In this document: in pieces, positions 10,905-22,860 of the stretch | Position numbering within the stretch: the stretch's first letter is position 1 | Layout: each line of letters begins with the position of its first letter | Assembly: GCA_040275305.1 (NCBI GenBank) | Contig: JBEOJY010000005.1 | Span: 393-64,392, forward strand | Length of the DNA: 64,000 nucleotides | From: Bdellovibrionales bacterium | GTDB taxonomy: Bacteria; Pseudomonadota; Alphaproteobacteria; UBA9219 | Direction of reading: 5' to 3' | Made by a program: the position numbers and the translations under genes | The notes under the pieces: model-generated | The model's database searches: none | What the model was told of the DNA's origin: nothing | What the model saw: only the letters and a program-made list of their open reading frames with translations

Positions 10905-11072
10905 TCTTGCGCACTCCCTCAAGGGTTTATGCGACCGGACGCCGGGCCGGGGACATCCCGACACATCGGCCGCTCCGGTCAAGCCGACCCTCAATGGGGT
11001 CGGCAAGGAGCAGTAAAGCGGCGGATTATAGCGGCTGATGCCGGGAAAGCAAGGGGAAATTAGGCGGTATAT

Positions 11073-12386
11073 TTACGCTTTTTGCACTCTCTCCCAAATC
11101 TCTTTCGCGTGGCGGATATAGTAGTCGTTGTCGAAGCAGGCGAGGAGGGTTTCGGGTTTCACGAGGCTTGCGATGTCGGGGTCGGATTTGACGCGGTCGG
11201 GGAAGCTTAGGGTCGATTCCCCTTTCTGGATGGCTTGCCAGACGGCCATGGCGTGCGATTGGACGAGCTTGTAGGCGTCTTCGCGGCTCATTCCAGCTTG
11301 GGTCAGCGCCAGCAGCACGCGCTGCGAGAAATGCAAGCCTCCGAGCGCGTTCAGGTTCGCTTCGACACGGTCGGGATAGACGACCAGATCGCGGACCATG
11401 CCTGCGAGCCGCGACAGCGCAAAATCAAGCGCAATGGTGGTGTCGGGCGCGATGACGCGCTCGACCGAAGAGTGCGAGATGTCGCGTTCGTGCCAGAGAG
11501 CCACGTTTTCGAGCGCAGGCGCGACGGCGGCGCGGACGATACGAGCTAGGCCTGTCAGATTTTCCGACAGAACGGGGTTGCGCTTGTGCGGCATGGCGCT
11601 GGAGCCTTTTTGGCCCTTGGCGAAGGCTTCCTCGGCCTCGCGCACTTCGCTGCGCTGGAGGTGGCGGATTTCGATGGCGAGGTTTTCGATGGAGCTTGCT
11701 ATCACGCCGAGGGTGGCGAAGAACATCGCGTGGCGGTCGCGTGGAATGACTTGCGTCGAGATGGTTTCAGGCTGGAGGCCAAGCTTGTCCGCGACATAGG
11801 CTTCGACGCGCGGATCGACGGTCGCGAAGGTGCCGACGGGGCCGGAGATGGCGCAGGTCGCGATGTCTTCGCGCGCGGCCGTGAGGCGTTTGCGGTTGCG
11901 GGCGAAAGCGGCGTAGTGGCTCGCGAATTTGAGGCCGAAGCTGGTCGGTTCGGCGTGGATGCCGTGGCTGCGCCCTATGGTCACGAGGTCAAGATGCTTT
12001 TCCACCAGTGTTCTGAGCGCTTTCAGAACGGTGTCTAGATCTTTCAGCAGGAGGTCGGCGGCTTGCGTGAGCTGCACGGCGAAGGCTGTGTCGAGCACGT
12101 CGCTGGAGGTCATGCCCTGATGCAGGAAACGCGCATCAGGTCCGATGTTTTCCGAGACGTTGGTCAGGAAGGCGAGCACGTCGTGGCGGGTCGTCAGTTC
12201 AATTTCGTCGATCCGCGCGATGTCCCATTTCCCCTTTTTTCTTATGGCCTTAGCGGAAGAGGCGGGAATTGTTCCCAGTTCAGCCATCGCTTCGCAGGCG
12301 GCGGCTTCGATTTCGAACCAGATGCTGTAGCGGTTCTCGGCTTGCCAGATCTGTTCCATTTCGGGTCGGGAATAGCGTGGAATCAT
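11073..12386 (-). CDS. purB: Adenylosuccinate lyase
   Basis: MIPRYSR, GRSHGIHAEP and GSSAMPHKRNP signatures. Confidence 0.97.
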   Translation of the reverse strand: MIPRYSRPEMEQIWQAENRYSIWFEIEAAACEAMAELGTIPASSAKAIRKKGKWDIARIDEIELTTRHDVLAFLTNVSENIGPDARFLHQGMTSSDVLDTAFAVQLTQAADLLLKDLDTVLKALRTLVEKHLDLVTIGRSHGIHAEPTSFGLKFASHYAAFARNRKRLTAAREDIATCAISGPVGTFATVDPRVEAYVADKLGLQPETISTQVIPRDRHAMFFATLGVIASSIENLAIEIRHLQRSEVREAEEAFAKGQKGSSAMPHKRNPVLSENLTGLARIVRAAVAPALENVALWHERDISHSSVERVIAPDTTIALDFALSRLAGMVRDLVVYPDRVEANLNALGGLHFSQRVLLALTQAGMSREDAYKLVQSHAMAVWQAIQKGESTLSFPDRVKSDPDIASLVKPETLLACFDNDYYIRHAKEIWERVQKA

Positions 12387-12539
12387 GTGGATCTACCTTA
12401 AAGCTCTTTCTTCATGAAATGATGTAGGCTAATGTGTAGCATCCTTTTTTGCTTTCGCCTACTCTGCGCGTGTGGGCGGCAAGCTTTGGGTTTGGGGCTT
12501 GAGACGAAGCCCGGATCATTTTCAACGAGGGGGAGTCCC

Positions 12540-12908
12540 ATGCGTATCGTTTCTGTTTTGGCCCTGACGGGCGTTGTGGTGTTGGCGGCGGTTCCGGCGA
12601 TGGCGGGAACGCTTACGTTTTCCGGCGGGCAGGGCAATTGGAAATCGACCAAGTGCATCGAGCCTTCGGCTCCGCCTTCATTACAGGAGACTAATCCCGA
12701 AACCCCGGCCTCAAGCATGAACGCCATGATGACGCAATACAATGAGTATGTGGGCGCGATGCAGGCTTATATGAACTGCGTGAGCGATGAAGCTCAGAAC
12801 GATGCCAATACGGCGAACAAAACGATTGCCCAGTCGGCGCAATCCACTATCGAAGCTTCGAGCCAGAAGATTTCCTCGCTTGGCGCGATGTTGAGCCGTA
12901 AGAAGTAG
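12540..12908 (+). CDS. Small secreted hypothetical protein (two Cys, helical C-terminus)
   Basis: Strong RBS (gagggggag); Sec signal MRIVSVLALTGVVVLAAVPAMA. Confidence 0.7.
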   Translation: MRIVSVLALTGVVVLAAVPAMAGTLTFSGGQGNWKSTKCIEPSAPPSLQETNPETPASSMNAMMTQYNEYVGAMQAYMNCVSDEAQNDANTANKTIAQSAQSTIEASSQKISSLGAMLSRKK

Positions 12909-12916
12909 GCAGACTG

Positions 12917-13173
12917 CATGCTACCCTACAGATGGATGCATTGACATTGCAGGAAAAACAAGCCACACGCGTCATTCCGGCGAAAGTCGGAATCCAGCTT
13001 GCGAGCGGCAGCGAGCGGGACAGAACGAATTCACGGCCTGCGATCGTGAGCGCGCTTGAGACTCTTTCGCACCGCAGACGCGGCGCTGCTGGATTCCGGC
13101 TTTCGCCGGAATGACGCGGACGGCTAAGATAAGTGTTTTTATCAAACAATGGGTTAATGTGTAGGGTGGCGTG
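12917..13173. mobile_element. MITE family A (CATGCTACCCTACA TIRs, 9-bp TSD) with a GTCATTCC REP-like cargo
   Basis: TIRs catgctaccctaca / tgtagggtggcgtg; flanks ggcagactg (12908-12916) and ggcaggctg (13174-13182); second copy at 57927-58064. Confidence 0.8.
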
Positions 13174-13184
13174 GGCAGGCTGTA

Positions 13185-13295
13185 TATACTCTGTATCTGT
13201 TGAAACCAGAAAATGCGTTTCCCGCCTTCTGTGGGCCACTCCTTGCAATGACGTCCTTTTGGCTTCTTCGGGTTTTTTTTAGGATACAGAGTTTA
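13185..13295. mobile_element. Short TA-ended MITE (IS630-like ends) with a remnant half palindrome
   Basis: tatactctgtatc (13185-13197) inverted with gatacagagttta (13283-13295); internal ctccttgcaatgacg. Confidence 0.5.
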
Positions 13296-13491
13296 GCGTA
13301 TGAAGCGTTGAGCACACTTCTCAAGAAAGCACGAACTGATTTCGTTCCTCTCGTGGGGAAGGGATTTGGCTTGTCTTGTTTGCTGGGCTCCCAATTTTTG
13401 GACCGCGATGGGGGTATGCGTCTCGTTTCTTTTTCACGGAAAGCCATGTGACCCCTGTTCTGTAGTTCGTTCGTTTTTTCAGGTTCATTCG

Positions 13492-15222
13492 ATGACTGAA
13501 GTTTTTTCCGTCGCCTTCGCGCAGCTTAACCCCGTGATGGGCGATTTGGCAGGCAATGTCGCGCGCATTCGCAAGGCGTGGGAATGGGCGACGGCGCAGG
13601 GCGCGGATCTCTTGATGACTTCGGAACTGGCGTTGTGCGGCTATCCACCGGAAGATCTTGTGCTCAAGCCAAGCTTTCAGGACGCGACGCGCGCGGCTGC
13701 GGCGGAACTGGCGCGGTTGACGGAAGCGGAGGGGGCTCCCGCAATCTTACTCGGCGCTCCGTGGCGCGAGGACGATGGCGCGCTTTATAACGCCGCGCTG
13801 TTGCTCGATGGCGGACACATTGTCGGCAAGGCGTTCAAGCGCGACCTTCCGAATTACGGCCCGTTCGACGAGAAGCGCGTGTTTGCGGCAGCGGGCGTTC
13901 AAAAGCCGATTGATTTTCGTGGAATCAAGCTGGGTGTCATGATCTGCGAGGATATGTGGACGCCTGAGGCCGCAAAGGATCTTCAGCAAGCAGGCGCCCA
14001 GATTCTTTTGATTCCCAACGGCAGCCCTTATGAGCATGGCAAGGGTCGCGCGCGGATGGAGCTGGCGCGGCGGCGCGTGGCCGAGACCGGATTGCCGCTT
14101 GTCTATGTGAACCAGATCGGCGGGCAGGACGAGTTGGTGTTCGACGGAGGGTCGTTCGTTCTGGATGCGCAGGGGGTATGCGTCGCGCAGGCGCGGGTGT
14201 GGGAAACCGATCGCGGGTTGGTGGCGTGGCGCGTAGCAGGAGGGGCATTACCTTTGGAGGAGGGGCGGGCCGTTTTTGCGGACAACGCGCGCGCGCCGGA
14301 AGGGGATATGTCCGAGGAAGCCGCAGTCTATCACGCGCTGATGCTGGGGTTGCGCGATTACGTCAACAAGAACGCTTTTAACGGCGTTGTGCTGGGCTTG
14401 TCGGGCGGGATCGACAGCGCTTTGGCGGCGTTGCTTGCGGTCGATGCCGTGGGCGCGGATCGCGTGTGGACGGCGATGCTGCCGTCGCCTTACACGTCCG
14501 ACGAGAGCCGCGAGGACGCCACGAAGATCGCAATGGCGCTCGGATGCTTTTATGACGAGATTCCCATTCACGCCGCGATGGAGGCGTTCGAAGGCACGCT
14601 CGGCAAAGTGTTTCATGATCGCGAGGCGGAGGCGGGGGATGTTGGGCTGGCGCGGGAGAATATTCAGGCGCGCGCGCGTGGCGTGATGCTGATGGCTTTG
14701 TCGAACGCCTTTGGACCTATGGTGATTTCGACCGGAAATAAATCGGAGATGTCTGTCGGTTATTCGACGCTCTATGGCGATTTGTGCGGCGGGTTCGCAG
14801 TTTTGAAAGACGTGTACAAGACGCAGGTTTACAAGATTACGCGCTGGCGCAATGCGAATAAGCCCGCGACGGCTTTGGGGCCGCCGCCGGGGGGAGAGAA
14901 GGGCGACGATCAGCCGCTTGTTCCGGAGCGCGTGTTTACCAAGGCTCCGACGGCGGAGCTGAGGCCGAACCAGAAGGATCAGGATAGTTTGCCGCCTTAT
15001 GAGGTGCTGGATGCCGTGCTGGAATGTTTGATCGAGCGCGATATGGGGCTGGCCGAGATCGTTGCGCAGGGACATGATGCCGCGCTCGTCGCGCGGGTCG
15101 CGGCGATGCTCGACAAGGCCGAGTACAAAAGGCGGCAGGCTCCGCCCGGCGTTAAGATTACGCGGCGGCACCTTGGGATTGATCGGCGCTATCCGATTAC
15201 GAACAAGTATCGGGAGAGGTAG
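13492..15222 (+). CDS. nadE: Glutamine-dependent NAD+ synthetase
   Basis: Nitrilase domain (ELALCGYPPEDL, ICEDMW) plus GLSGGIDS, ENIQAR, GNKSE and APTAEL motifs. Confidence 0.95.
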   Translation: MTEVFSVAFAQLNPVMGDLAGNVARIRKAWEWATAQGADLLMTSELALCGYPPEDLVLKPSFQDATRAAAAELARLTEAEGAPAILLGAPWREDDGALYNAALLLDGGHIVGKAFKRDLPNYGPFDEKRVFAAAGVQKPIDFRGIKLGVMICEDMWTPEAAKDLQQAGAQILLIPNGSPYEHGKGRARMELARRRVAETGLPLVYVNQIGGQDELVFDGGSFVLDAQGVCVAQARVWETDRGLVAWRVAGGALPLEEGRAVFADNARAPEGDMSEEAAVYHALMLGLRDYVNKNAFNGVVLGLSGGIDSALAALLAVDAVGADRVWTAMLPSPYTSDESREDATKIAMALGCFYDEIPIHAAMEAFEGTLGKVFHDREAEAGDVGLARENIQARARGVMLMALSNAFGPMVISTGNKSEMSVGYSTLYGDLCGGFAVLKDVYKTQVYKITRWRNANKPATALGPPPGGEKGDDQPLVPERVFTKAPTAELRPNQKDQDSLPPYEVLDAVLECLIERDMGLAEIVAQGHDAALVARVAAMLDKAEYKRRQAPPGVKITRRHLGIDRRYPITNKYRER

Positions 15223-15351
15223 GCATCCAGTTGCGCCCAAGTCTGTGGCGCGAAAGAGACAAGAATCCCAACGTAGCCACATGCGGTGAATCCGTCGTGT
15301 TTTTGCTCGCTGCCGCTCGCAGACTGGATGCCGACTTCCGTCGGCATGACG
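15222..15351 (-). repeat. REP-doublet-like element homologous to the cargo at 12971-13115 (inverted)
   Basis: Reverse complement reads gtcatgccgacggaagtcggcatccag-tctgcgagcggcagcgagc...ctctttcgcgccacagac. Confidence 0.7.
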
Positions 15352-15587
15352 CTTGCGGCTACACCTAACTACATGACCCAACAATGGGTTGGTGTGCCAT
15401 TCGACTTGTGGTGCTACCTGCGCCCTTGCGGGGAGGGAATCCAGCTGCGCTTGCGGTGCGGTTGTTTTCATCTTTTCAAACTCAAGGAGCGCACTCGGTC
15501 TTCACGTGTTTACCTTGTCTTTACCAACGGGGTTCCATAGTTTTCGTTGCCTTTGAAGTTCTCATAGGCGTTCACCGTCGGGCCACC

Positions 15588-16811
15588 ATGATTTTCTATC
15601 CTCTCCATGAAGCGCAGCGCGCGGCGATGATGCCGTTGCGGATGGCGGCGGTGGCGGCTCAGGTCGCGCTGCATCATCCGTTCTTTCCGGGTTTTGGTTC
15701 GACGCCCGAACGCGCGGCGGTCGCGGGCGCGGAGATTTTCGAACGCGCGATGCGCGATTTTAACAAGCCTTCCTTCGGATTTGGGACTACGGAAACTGAC
15801 GGGCGCGAGGTCGCGGTCAGCGAAGAGGTCGTTTGGAATAAGCCGTTTTGCCAGCTTCTGCATTTTCAGCGCGAGGGTTGCGCGGCGCGGCGCGATCCGC
15901 GCGTTCTGATCGTCGCGCCGATGTCGTGCCACCATGCGACGCTGTTGCGCGGAACGGTCGAAGCGATGTTGCCCGACCATGATGTCTATATCACGGACTG
16001 GGCCGACGCGAAGCTGGTGCCGCTCGCCGAAGGGGCGTTCGATCTCGACGACTATATCGACTATGTGTCTGAGCTTTTGCGTTTCCTTGGACCGGATACG
16101 CATGTGGTGGCCGTGTGCCAGCCGTCGGTTCCGGCGCTGTGCGCGGTCGCTTTGATGGCGGCGGCAGGGGATGCCGCACAGCCGCGTTCGCTGACGTTGA
16201 TGGGTGGACCGATTGATCCGCGCCGCGCGCCGACGGCGATGACGCAGGCGATTGCCGCGATGCCTTTGGAATGGTTTAAATCCATGGTGGTCGAGGCTGT
16301 GCCGTTCAGCTATCCGGGCGCACTGCGCATGGTCTATCCGGGGTTTTTACAGTTGCAGGGATTCATGGCGATGAATCCGGATCGGCATGCGCACGAGCAT
16401 CTTCGGCTGTTTAACAGCTTGGTGGCCGGAGACGCCGAGGCGGCTCTTACACACCGGAAGTTCTACGACGAATATCTTGCCGTGATGGATGTGACGGCGG
16501 AGTTCTACTTGCAGACGGTCGAGCGGGTGTTTCAGCGTTTCGATCTGCCGCGCGGCGCGTTCGTTTCGCGTGGGCGGAAGGTCGAGCCTCAGGCGATCCG
16601 CAAGACCGCGTTGATGGTGATGGAAGGCGAGCACGACGATATTTCCGCGCCGGGGCAAGCGCTACCCGCGCTTGAGTTATGTAGCGGTTTGCCTGAGAGC
16701 ATGAAGGCCTATTACCTGCAGAAGGGTGTCGGGCATTTCGGGTTGTTTAGCGGAAAACTGTGGAGAGGCGAGGCGTTGCCGAAATTGCGGGCGTTTATGC
16801 GGGAGCATTGA
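15588..16811 (+). CDS. phaZ: Intracellular PHB depolymerase
   Basis: VLIVAPMSCHHATLLR, DVYITDW, AVCQP (catalytic Cys), MGGPID, EGEHDDIS and GVGHFG motifs. Confidence 0.92.
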   Translation: MIFYPLHEAQRAAMMPLRMAAVAAQVALHHPFFPGFGSTPERAAVAGAEIFERAMRDFNKPSFGFGTTETDGREVAVSEEVVWNKPFCQLLHFQREGCAARRDPRVLIVAPMSCHHATLLRGTVEAMLPDHDVYITDWADAKLVPLAEGAFDLDDYIDYVSELLRFLGPDTHVVAVCQPSVPALCAVALMAAAGDAAQPRSLTLMGGPIDPRRAPTAMTQAIAAMPLEWFKSMVVEAVPFSYPGALRMVYPGFLQLQGFMAMNPDRHAHEHLRLFNSLVAGDAEAALTHRKFYDEYLAVMDVTAEFYLQTVERVFQRFDLPRGAFVSRGRKVEPQAIRKTALMVMEGEHDDISAPGQALPALELCSGLPESMKAYYLQKGVGHFGLFSGKLWRGEALPKLRAFMREH

Positions 16812-17592
16812 GCCAGTCGCCGCATTGCGCTTGCCAGCAGGCGAGCGCAGCGAGCGCGGCGGTGTCGGCGCGGAGAATGCGGGGGCCCAAGCGCACGAAA
16901 ACGACATTGGGGATCGCGCCGAGCAAGGCGAGTTCCTCCGCCGCGAAACCTCCTTCGGGGCCGGTGACGATGGCTGCGCTTGGCGGGTTTGACGGCAAGC
17001 CTTTGCGCGGCTTCGCTAGTTCCTTGAGCGCGGTTTGCACGGGCGTCGCTTCGCCCCATTCGGCGCAGACGATCAGACGGCGGTCCGAGGTCGCCATGTT
17101 TTCGCGCCATTGCGCGACGAAGGATTCTAGATTCATTGTCTCCCGGATTACGGGAACGTTCAGCCTTTCGGATTGCTCGGCGGCTTCGATGGCGATGCCA
17201 CGGCAGCGTTGCGCGTTGACTTCGCGGATTTGCGCACGCGAGGTGAGGACGGGTTTGATTGCCGCAACGCCAAGCTCGGTCGCCTTTTCGATCATATAAT
17301 CGAAATGCGCTTTCTTGATCGGCGCGCAGCAAAGCCATAGGTCGGGTTCCTCTTTTTGCTCGCGAAGGTGCTTTTCGACCGCGATCATCAGGCCTTTCTT
17401 TGTTTCCATGCCGAGGGAGGCTTTCCATTCGCCGTCGTGGCCATTGAATAAACGAATTTCTTCGCCGGGCTTCATGCGCAGGACATGGAGCAGATAATGC
17501 GCTTGCTCGGCTGATACTGCGACGCTTGCGCCGATTTCGAGATCGGCTTCGACGAAGAGGCGCTGGCTTGAGGGGAATAACGAGGATGCCAT
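16795..17592 (-). CDS. rsmE: 16S rRNA m3U1498 methyltransferase
   Basis: HYLLHVLR, EKATELGV, EAAEQS, GPEGGF and LGPRILRADTA motifs. Confidence 0.95.
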   Translation of the reverse strand: MASSLFPSSQRLFVEADLEIGASVAVSAEQAHYLLHVLRMKPGEEIRLFNGHDGEWKASLGMETKKGLMIAVEKHLREQKEEPDLWLCCAPIKKAHFDYMIEKATELGVAAIKPVLTSRAQIREVNAQRCRGIAIEAAEQSERLNVPVIRETMNLESFVAQWRENMATSDRRLIVCAEWGEATPVQTALKELAKPRKGLPSNPPSAAIVTGPEGGFAAEELALLGAIPNVVFVRLGPRILRADTAALAALACWQAQCGDWLNAPA

Positions 17593-17602
17593 GTGGATTG
17601 CC

Positions 17603-18304
17603 CTATGATGCTTTGCGGAACGAGAGGGAAAAGTTTCGCGGCGCGGTTAGCTTTTCGCGGTCGATATCGCGTTGCGGTTTTCGCACGTTGCCTAGCGTGC
17701 TTTCGCCCCATGATGCTACGTTTTGGATGTAGTGCGTGCCGTGGTAGTCGCTGCGTTCCAAGTCGTCGAGAATGGCGTTGAGGTCGTTTTCGTCCATTAG
17801 GTCTGGGTGAAAAGTCGTGCGCGTTTCGAATGTTAGATCATTGCCTTTGGCATAGGCAATCAGCAGCGCAAGCGTTTCGCGAAACGCGGCGACGAACTTG
17901 TCGGTTCCTAACAGGGCTTGCGCTTGCGTAGCGGGGCATTTGTAATCAAGCGCGACGTAATCGAGTAGGTTGGATTCCAGCATGGTGCGCACGATTTCCG
18001 GGCGTGTCCCGTTGGTGTCGAGCTTGATCTTGTAGCCCATCTCTTTGGCTTGCTGCGCTATGGCAGGAACGGCGGGGCAACAGGTCGCTTCTCCGCCCGA
18101 CAACACAAGTCCGGTGAGGAGGCCTCGGCGTTTGTCGAGGAAGGCCAAAAGCTCTTCGTCGCTCTTATCGCCGTGGGTTAGGACGATGTCGGGGTTATGG
18201 CAATAGGCGCAGCGCAGGTTGCAGCCGGAGAACCACGCGATGCAGGCTAGTTCGCCGGGGTAGTCGAGTTGCGTGAAGGGCGTGATGGCGTAGAGTTGTC
18301 CCAT
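17603..18304 (-). CDS. nrdG: Radical SAM anaerobic ribonucleotide reductase activase-like protein
   Basis: ITPFTQLDYPG, CNLRCAYCHN (CxxxCxxC), SGGEAT, KLDTNG and ETRTT motifs. Confidence 0.75.
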   Translation of the reverse strand: MGQLYAITPFTQLDYPGELACIAWFSGCNLRCAYCHNPDIVLTHGDKSDEELLAFLDKRRGLLTGLVLSGGEATCCPAVPAIAQQAKEMGYKIKLDTNGTRPEIVRTMLESNLLDYVALDYKCPATQAQALLGTDKFVAAFRETLALLIAYAKGNDLTFETRTTFHPDLMDENDLNAILDDLERSDYHGTHYIQNVASWGESTLGNVRKPQRDIDREKLTAPRNFSLSFRKAS

Positions 18305-18314
18305 GCGCGGAGTT

Positions 18315-18782
18315 TCAGTCCATTTGTTCCGATAGCACTTTGGCTTGTTCCCGGTAGTATATGGCTTGCTTCTTTTGCCCGTCGCGTCCGTAAAGGTCGC
18401 CGAGTTGCTTGGCCGCGCGGCTGGCAGTTTCGAAAGCGTCCAATATCACATTGCGGTCTTCGGTGTGTTCCAGAGCGCCTTCCTTGAAACGCCCTGCGAT
18501 GTAGCCCGTGCCGCTGTCTATCACGCCGAGGCTTAAGGCGCCGTTTTCCATGGTTCCGTAGAAGGTTTCGACGGCGTTGTTGTCTTCAAAGCGCCTGAGC
18601 ACGCCAAGACCGTTGGCTTGAGAGTTCTTACAGCCTCCCACCCATTTAGCCGTTTGATGTTCCCAGCCCTTTGGCATTTGAAATGCGCAACCAGAGTTTT
18701 TATCGTCGTTTTGGGCGATGGCCGGAGCGGCTGCGCTTAAGGCAAGAATGGCGGCGAGGCACAAAGGGCGAAGGGTGAGCAT
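18315..18782 (-). CDS. Secreted hypothetical protein with a MORN-like segment
   Basis: Signal peptide ending APAIA; WVGGCKNSQANGLG and FYGTMENG repeat-like motifs. Confidence 0.6.
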   Translation of the reverse strand: MLTLRPLCLAAILALSAAAPAIAQNDDKNSGCAFQMPKGWEHQTAKWVGGCKNSQANGLGVLRRFEDNNAVETFYGTMENGALSLGVIDSGTGYIAGRFKEGALEHTEDRNVILDAFETASRAAKQLGDLYGRDGQKKQAIYYREQAKVLSEQMD

Positions 18783-19021
18783 GGCTTGGCCTATTGGGTG
18801 GGAGGGTGAACATGCGCAGAGAAGGATGTTTGTTCATAACGCCGTCGAGCTTTTGGGTAAAGCGAACATTACGGCCCTTACAGGCGTTAACCAATATGAT
18901 GCGCTTTTGAGCGGCCCTATGGGTAGGGATTGGTCTTTATTTTCGCAAGCTTCTCGTATAATGACTAGGTTCTTAAGCGGGCAATTGTTTCGGGTTTTTT
19001 GGGAACTTTTGGAGAGATGGC

Positions 19022-21125
<2,104 letters not shown>

Positions 21126-21178
21126 TTTCGTTTTCACTTTGATCGGCGATAACACTCAGAGAACAAAAGAGACGGGCC

Positions 21179-21493
21179 ATGCATATTTACTGCACTGATA
21201 CGAACGGCATCGAACATAAACTGGCGGCTGTCGAGGAGTGGAGCGTGATGGAAATCATACGCGAGGGCGGGATTCCCATTCTTGCGCAGTGCGGCGGTTC
21301 CTGCGCTTGCGCGACGTGCCACGTGTATGTCGATCCGGCATGGAAGGACAAGCTTCCCGAACCGAACGAGGAAGAGATTGGTATGCTTGACGGCGCATTC
21401 GAGGTCAATCAGGATTCACGGTTGGCATGCCAGATTATCTTCACGACTAAGCTTGATGGGCTGAAGGTGAAGCTTGCGCCGGGATCTGTTTAA
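21179..21493 (+). CDS. fdx: 2Fe-2S ferredoxin (adrenodoxin type)
   Basis: CGGSCACATCHVY and SRLACQ motifs. Confidence 0.93.
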   Translation: MHIYCTDTNGIEHKLAAVEEWSVMEIIREGGIPILAQCGGSCACATCHVYVDPAWKDKLPEPNEEEIGMLDGAFEVNQDSRLACQIIFTTKLDGLKVKLAPGSV

Positions 21494-21518
21494 GGCGAAA
21501 GCAGGAAGAAATGGAATC

Positions 21519-21785
21519 ATGACAGGCGATGGCGTCGATTCTCGCCGAGCATTGATCGATTGGGTCACGAATGTCTGTCTGCCGTTCTTCACGATTCTTG
21601 GATTTCTTCTGACTTCCTTGAAAATTCCGCAATGGGGGCTGGCGGCTAATCTGGTCGCGCAGGTGTTTTGGTTCTACAGCTCCTATCGCGCGTGGAAACA
21701 GGCCAACCAGATTGGCATTTTTATTACCACTATTGCTATCACGCTTATCCTTTTGGGTGGGCTTGTGAATTATTGGTTGTTGTGA
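21519..21785 (+). CDS. Small three-TM membrane protein
   Basis: 88 aa, three hydrophobic helices, fills the gap between fdx and rluC. Confidence 0.65.
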   Translation: MTGDGVDSRRALIDWVTNVCLPFFTILGFLLTSLKIPQWGLAANLVAQVFWFYSSYRAWKQANQIGIFITTIAITLILLGGLVNYWLL

Positions 21786-21797
21786 AGGACTAAAACA

Positions 21798-22808
21798 ATG
21801 TCGGGCGCTGGTCATGAGCAGGAAGTCGAGGCGGACGAAGCCGGAATCCGGCTTGATCGCTGGTTCAAGCGGCATCATCCAACCTTGTCGCACAGCGCGT
21901 TGCAGAAGCTTTTGCGCACTGGGCAAGTGCGCGTGGACGGCAAACGCGCCGAATCTTCGACGCGGCTTGAGGCTGCGCAGAAGCTGCGCGTTCCTCCGCA
22001 GGTTCTGACGCCGCCGCCGCCGGATCCCGCCAAAGTTATCCGTCGGGTCGGGCGCGAGGTCGAGTTGTTGCGCAAGATGATCCTGTTCGAGGATGACGAC
22101 GTGATCGCGCTTAACAAACCTGCGGGACTCGCTGTGCAGGGCGGAACGGGATTGAAAGAGAATCTCGACGATATGTTGGAGGCGCTGGCCAAGAAGGGGC
22201 AGGGGAAGCCCAAGCTGGTCCATCGGATTGATCGCGATACGAGCGGAGTTTTGCTTGTCGCGCGGTCGGCTTTCGCCGCGATGCGGCTGACCGAGGCTTT
22301 CCGCGAGCGCGAGACGCGCAAAATCTATTGGGGCGTGACGGTTGGCGTGCCGAAGCCGCCATCCGGCAAGGTCGCGGCTCATCTTATCAAACAGGGCGAG
22401 ACAATGCGGTTGGCGACCGAGGACGAGATCAAGGACTCGCGCCGCAAGGATTATCATGGTGGTGTCAAAACGGCGACGACTCTTTATCAAGTCGTTGATC
22501 GCGCCGCTAAGAAAGCCTCCTTTATCGCGATGTGGCCGTTATCGGGGCGTACGCACCAATTGCGCGTCCATATGGCATACGTCGGCACGCCTTTGCTGGG
22601 CGACAGGCTGTATGGCGCGGATGCGTCGGCTGGACTGCCTCTCGACGAACTGGGGAGCGGATTGCATCTTCATGCGCGGCGGCTGGTGATTCCGCATCCA
22701 AGACGAGGCGTTATCGATGTGACGGCTCCGCTTGGCCCGGAAATGCGCAAGACGTGGGATTGGTTTCATTTCGATCCGAACGAAGAAACGGAGTTTGTAG
22801 AAGACTAG
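21798..22808 (+). CDS. rluC: RluA-family 23S rRNA pseudouridine synthase (RluC-like, with S4 domain)
   Basis: RLDRW, NKPAGL, HRIDRDTSG, GRTHQLRVH and LHAR motifs. Confidence 0.88.
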   Translation: MSGAGHEQEVEADEAGIRLDRWFKRHHPTLSHSALQKLLRTGQVRVDGKRAESSTRLEAAQKLRVPPQVLTPPPPDPAKVIRRVGREVELLRKMILFEDDDVIALNKPAGLAVQGGTGLKENLDDMLEALAKKGQGKPKLVHRIDRDTSGVLLVARSAFAAMRLTEAFRERETRKIYWGVTVGVPKPPSGKVAAHLIKQGETMRLATEDEIKDSRRKDYHGGVKTATTLYQVVDRAAKKASFIAMWPLSGRTHQLRVHMAYVGTPLLGDRLYGADASAGLPLDELGSGLHLHARRLVIPHPRRGVIDVTAPLGPEMRKTWDWFHFDPNEETEFVED

Positions 22809-22860
22809 GCAGCGGGTGTAGAATGGCCTTCATAGTTGATGTGTTCCTGTGGAGGTCGCC

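Noticed and set aside
10905-11010. S6:S18-binding leader upstream of rpsF
   Set aside because: Hairpins are present, but the motif cannot be confirmed without a covariance-model search.
12847-13451. Short ORFs between the secreted protein gene and nadE
   Set aside because: They overlap MITE and REP sequence and have no coding signature.
14248-15471. 407-aa minus-strand ORF and many similar long antisense ORFs (e.g. 50463-51725, 59868-60941, 21447-22490)
   Set aside because: Shadow frames of well-supported GC-rich genes; Arg/His-rich and without motifs.
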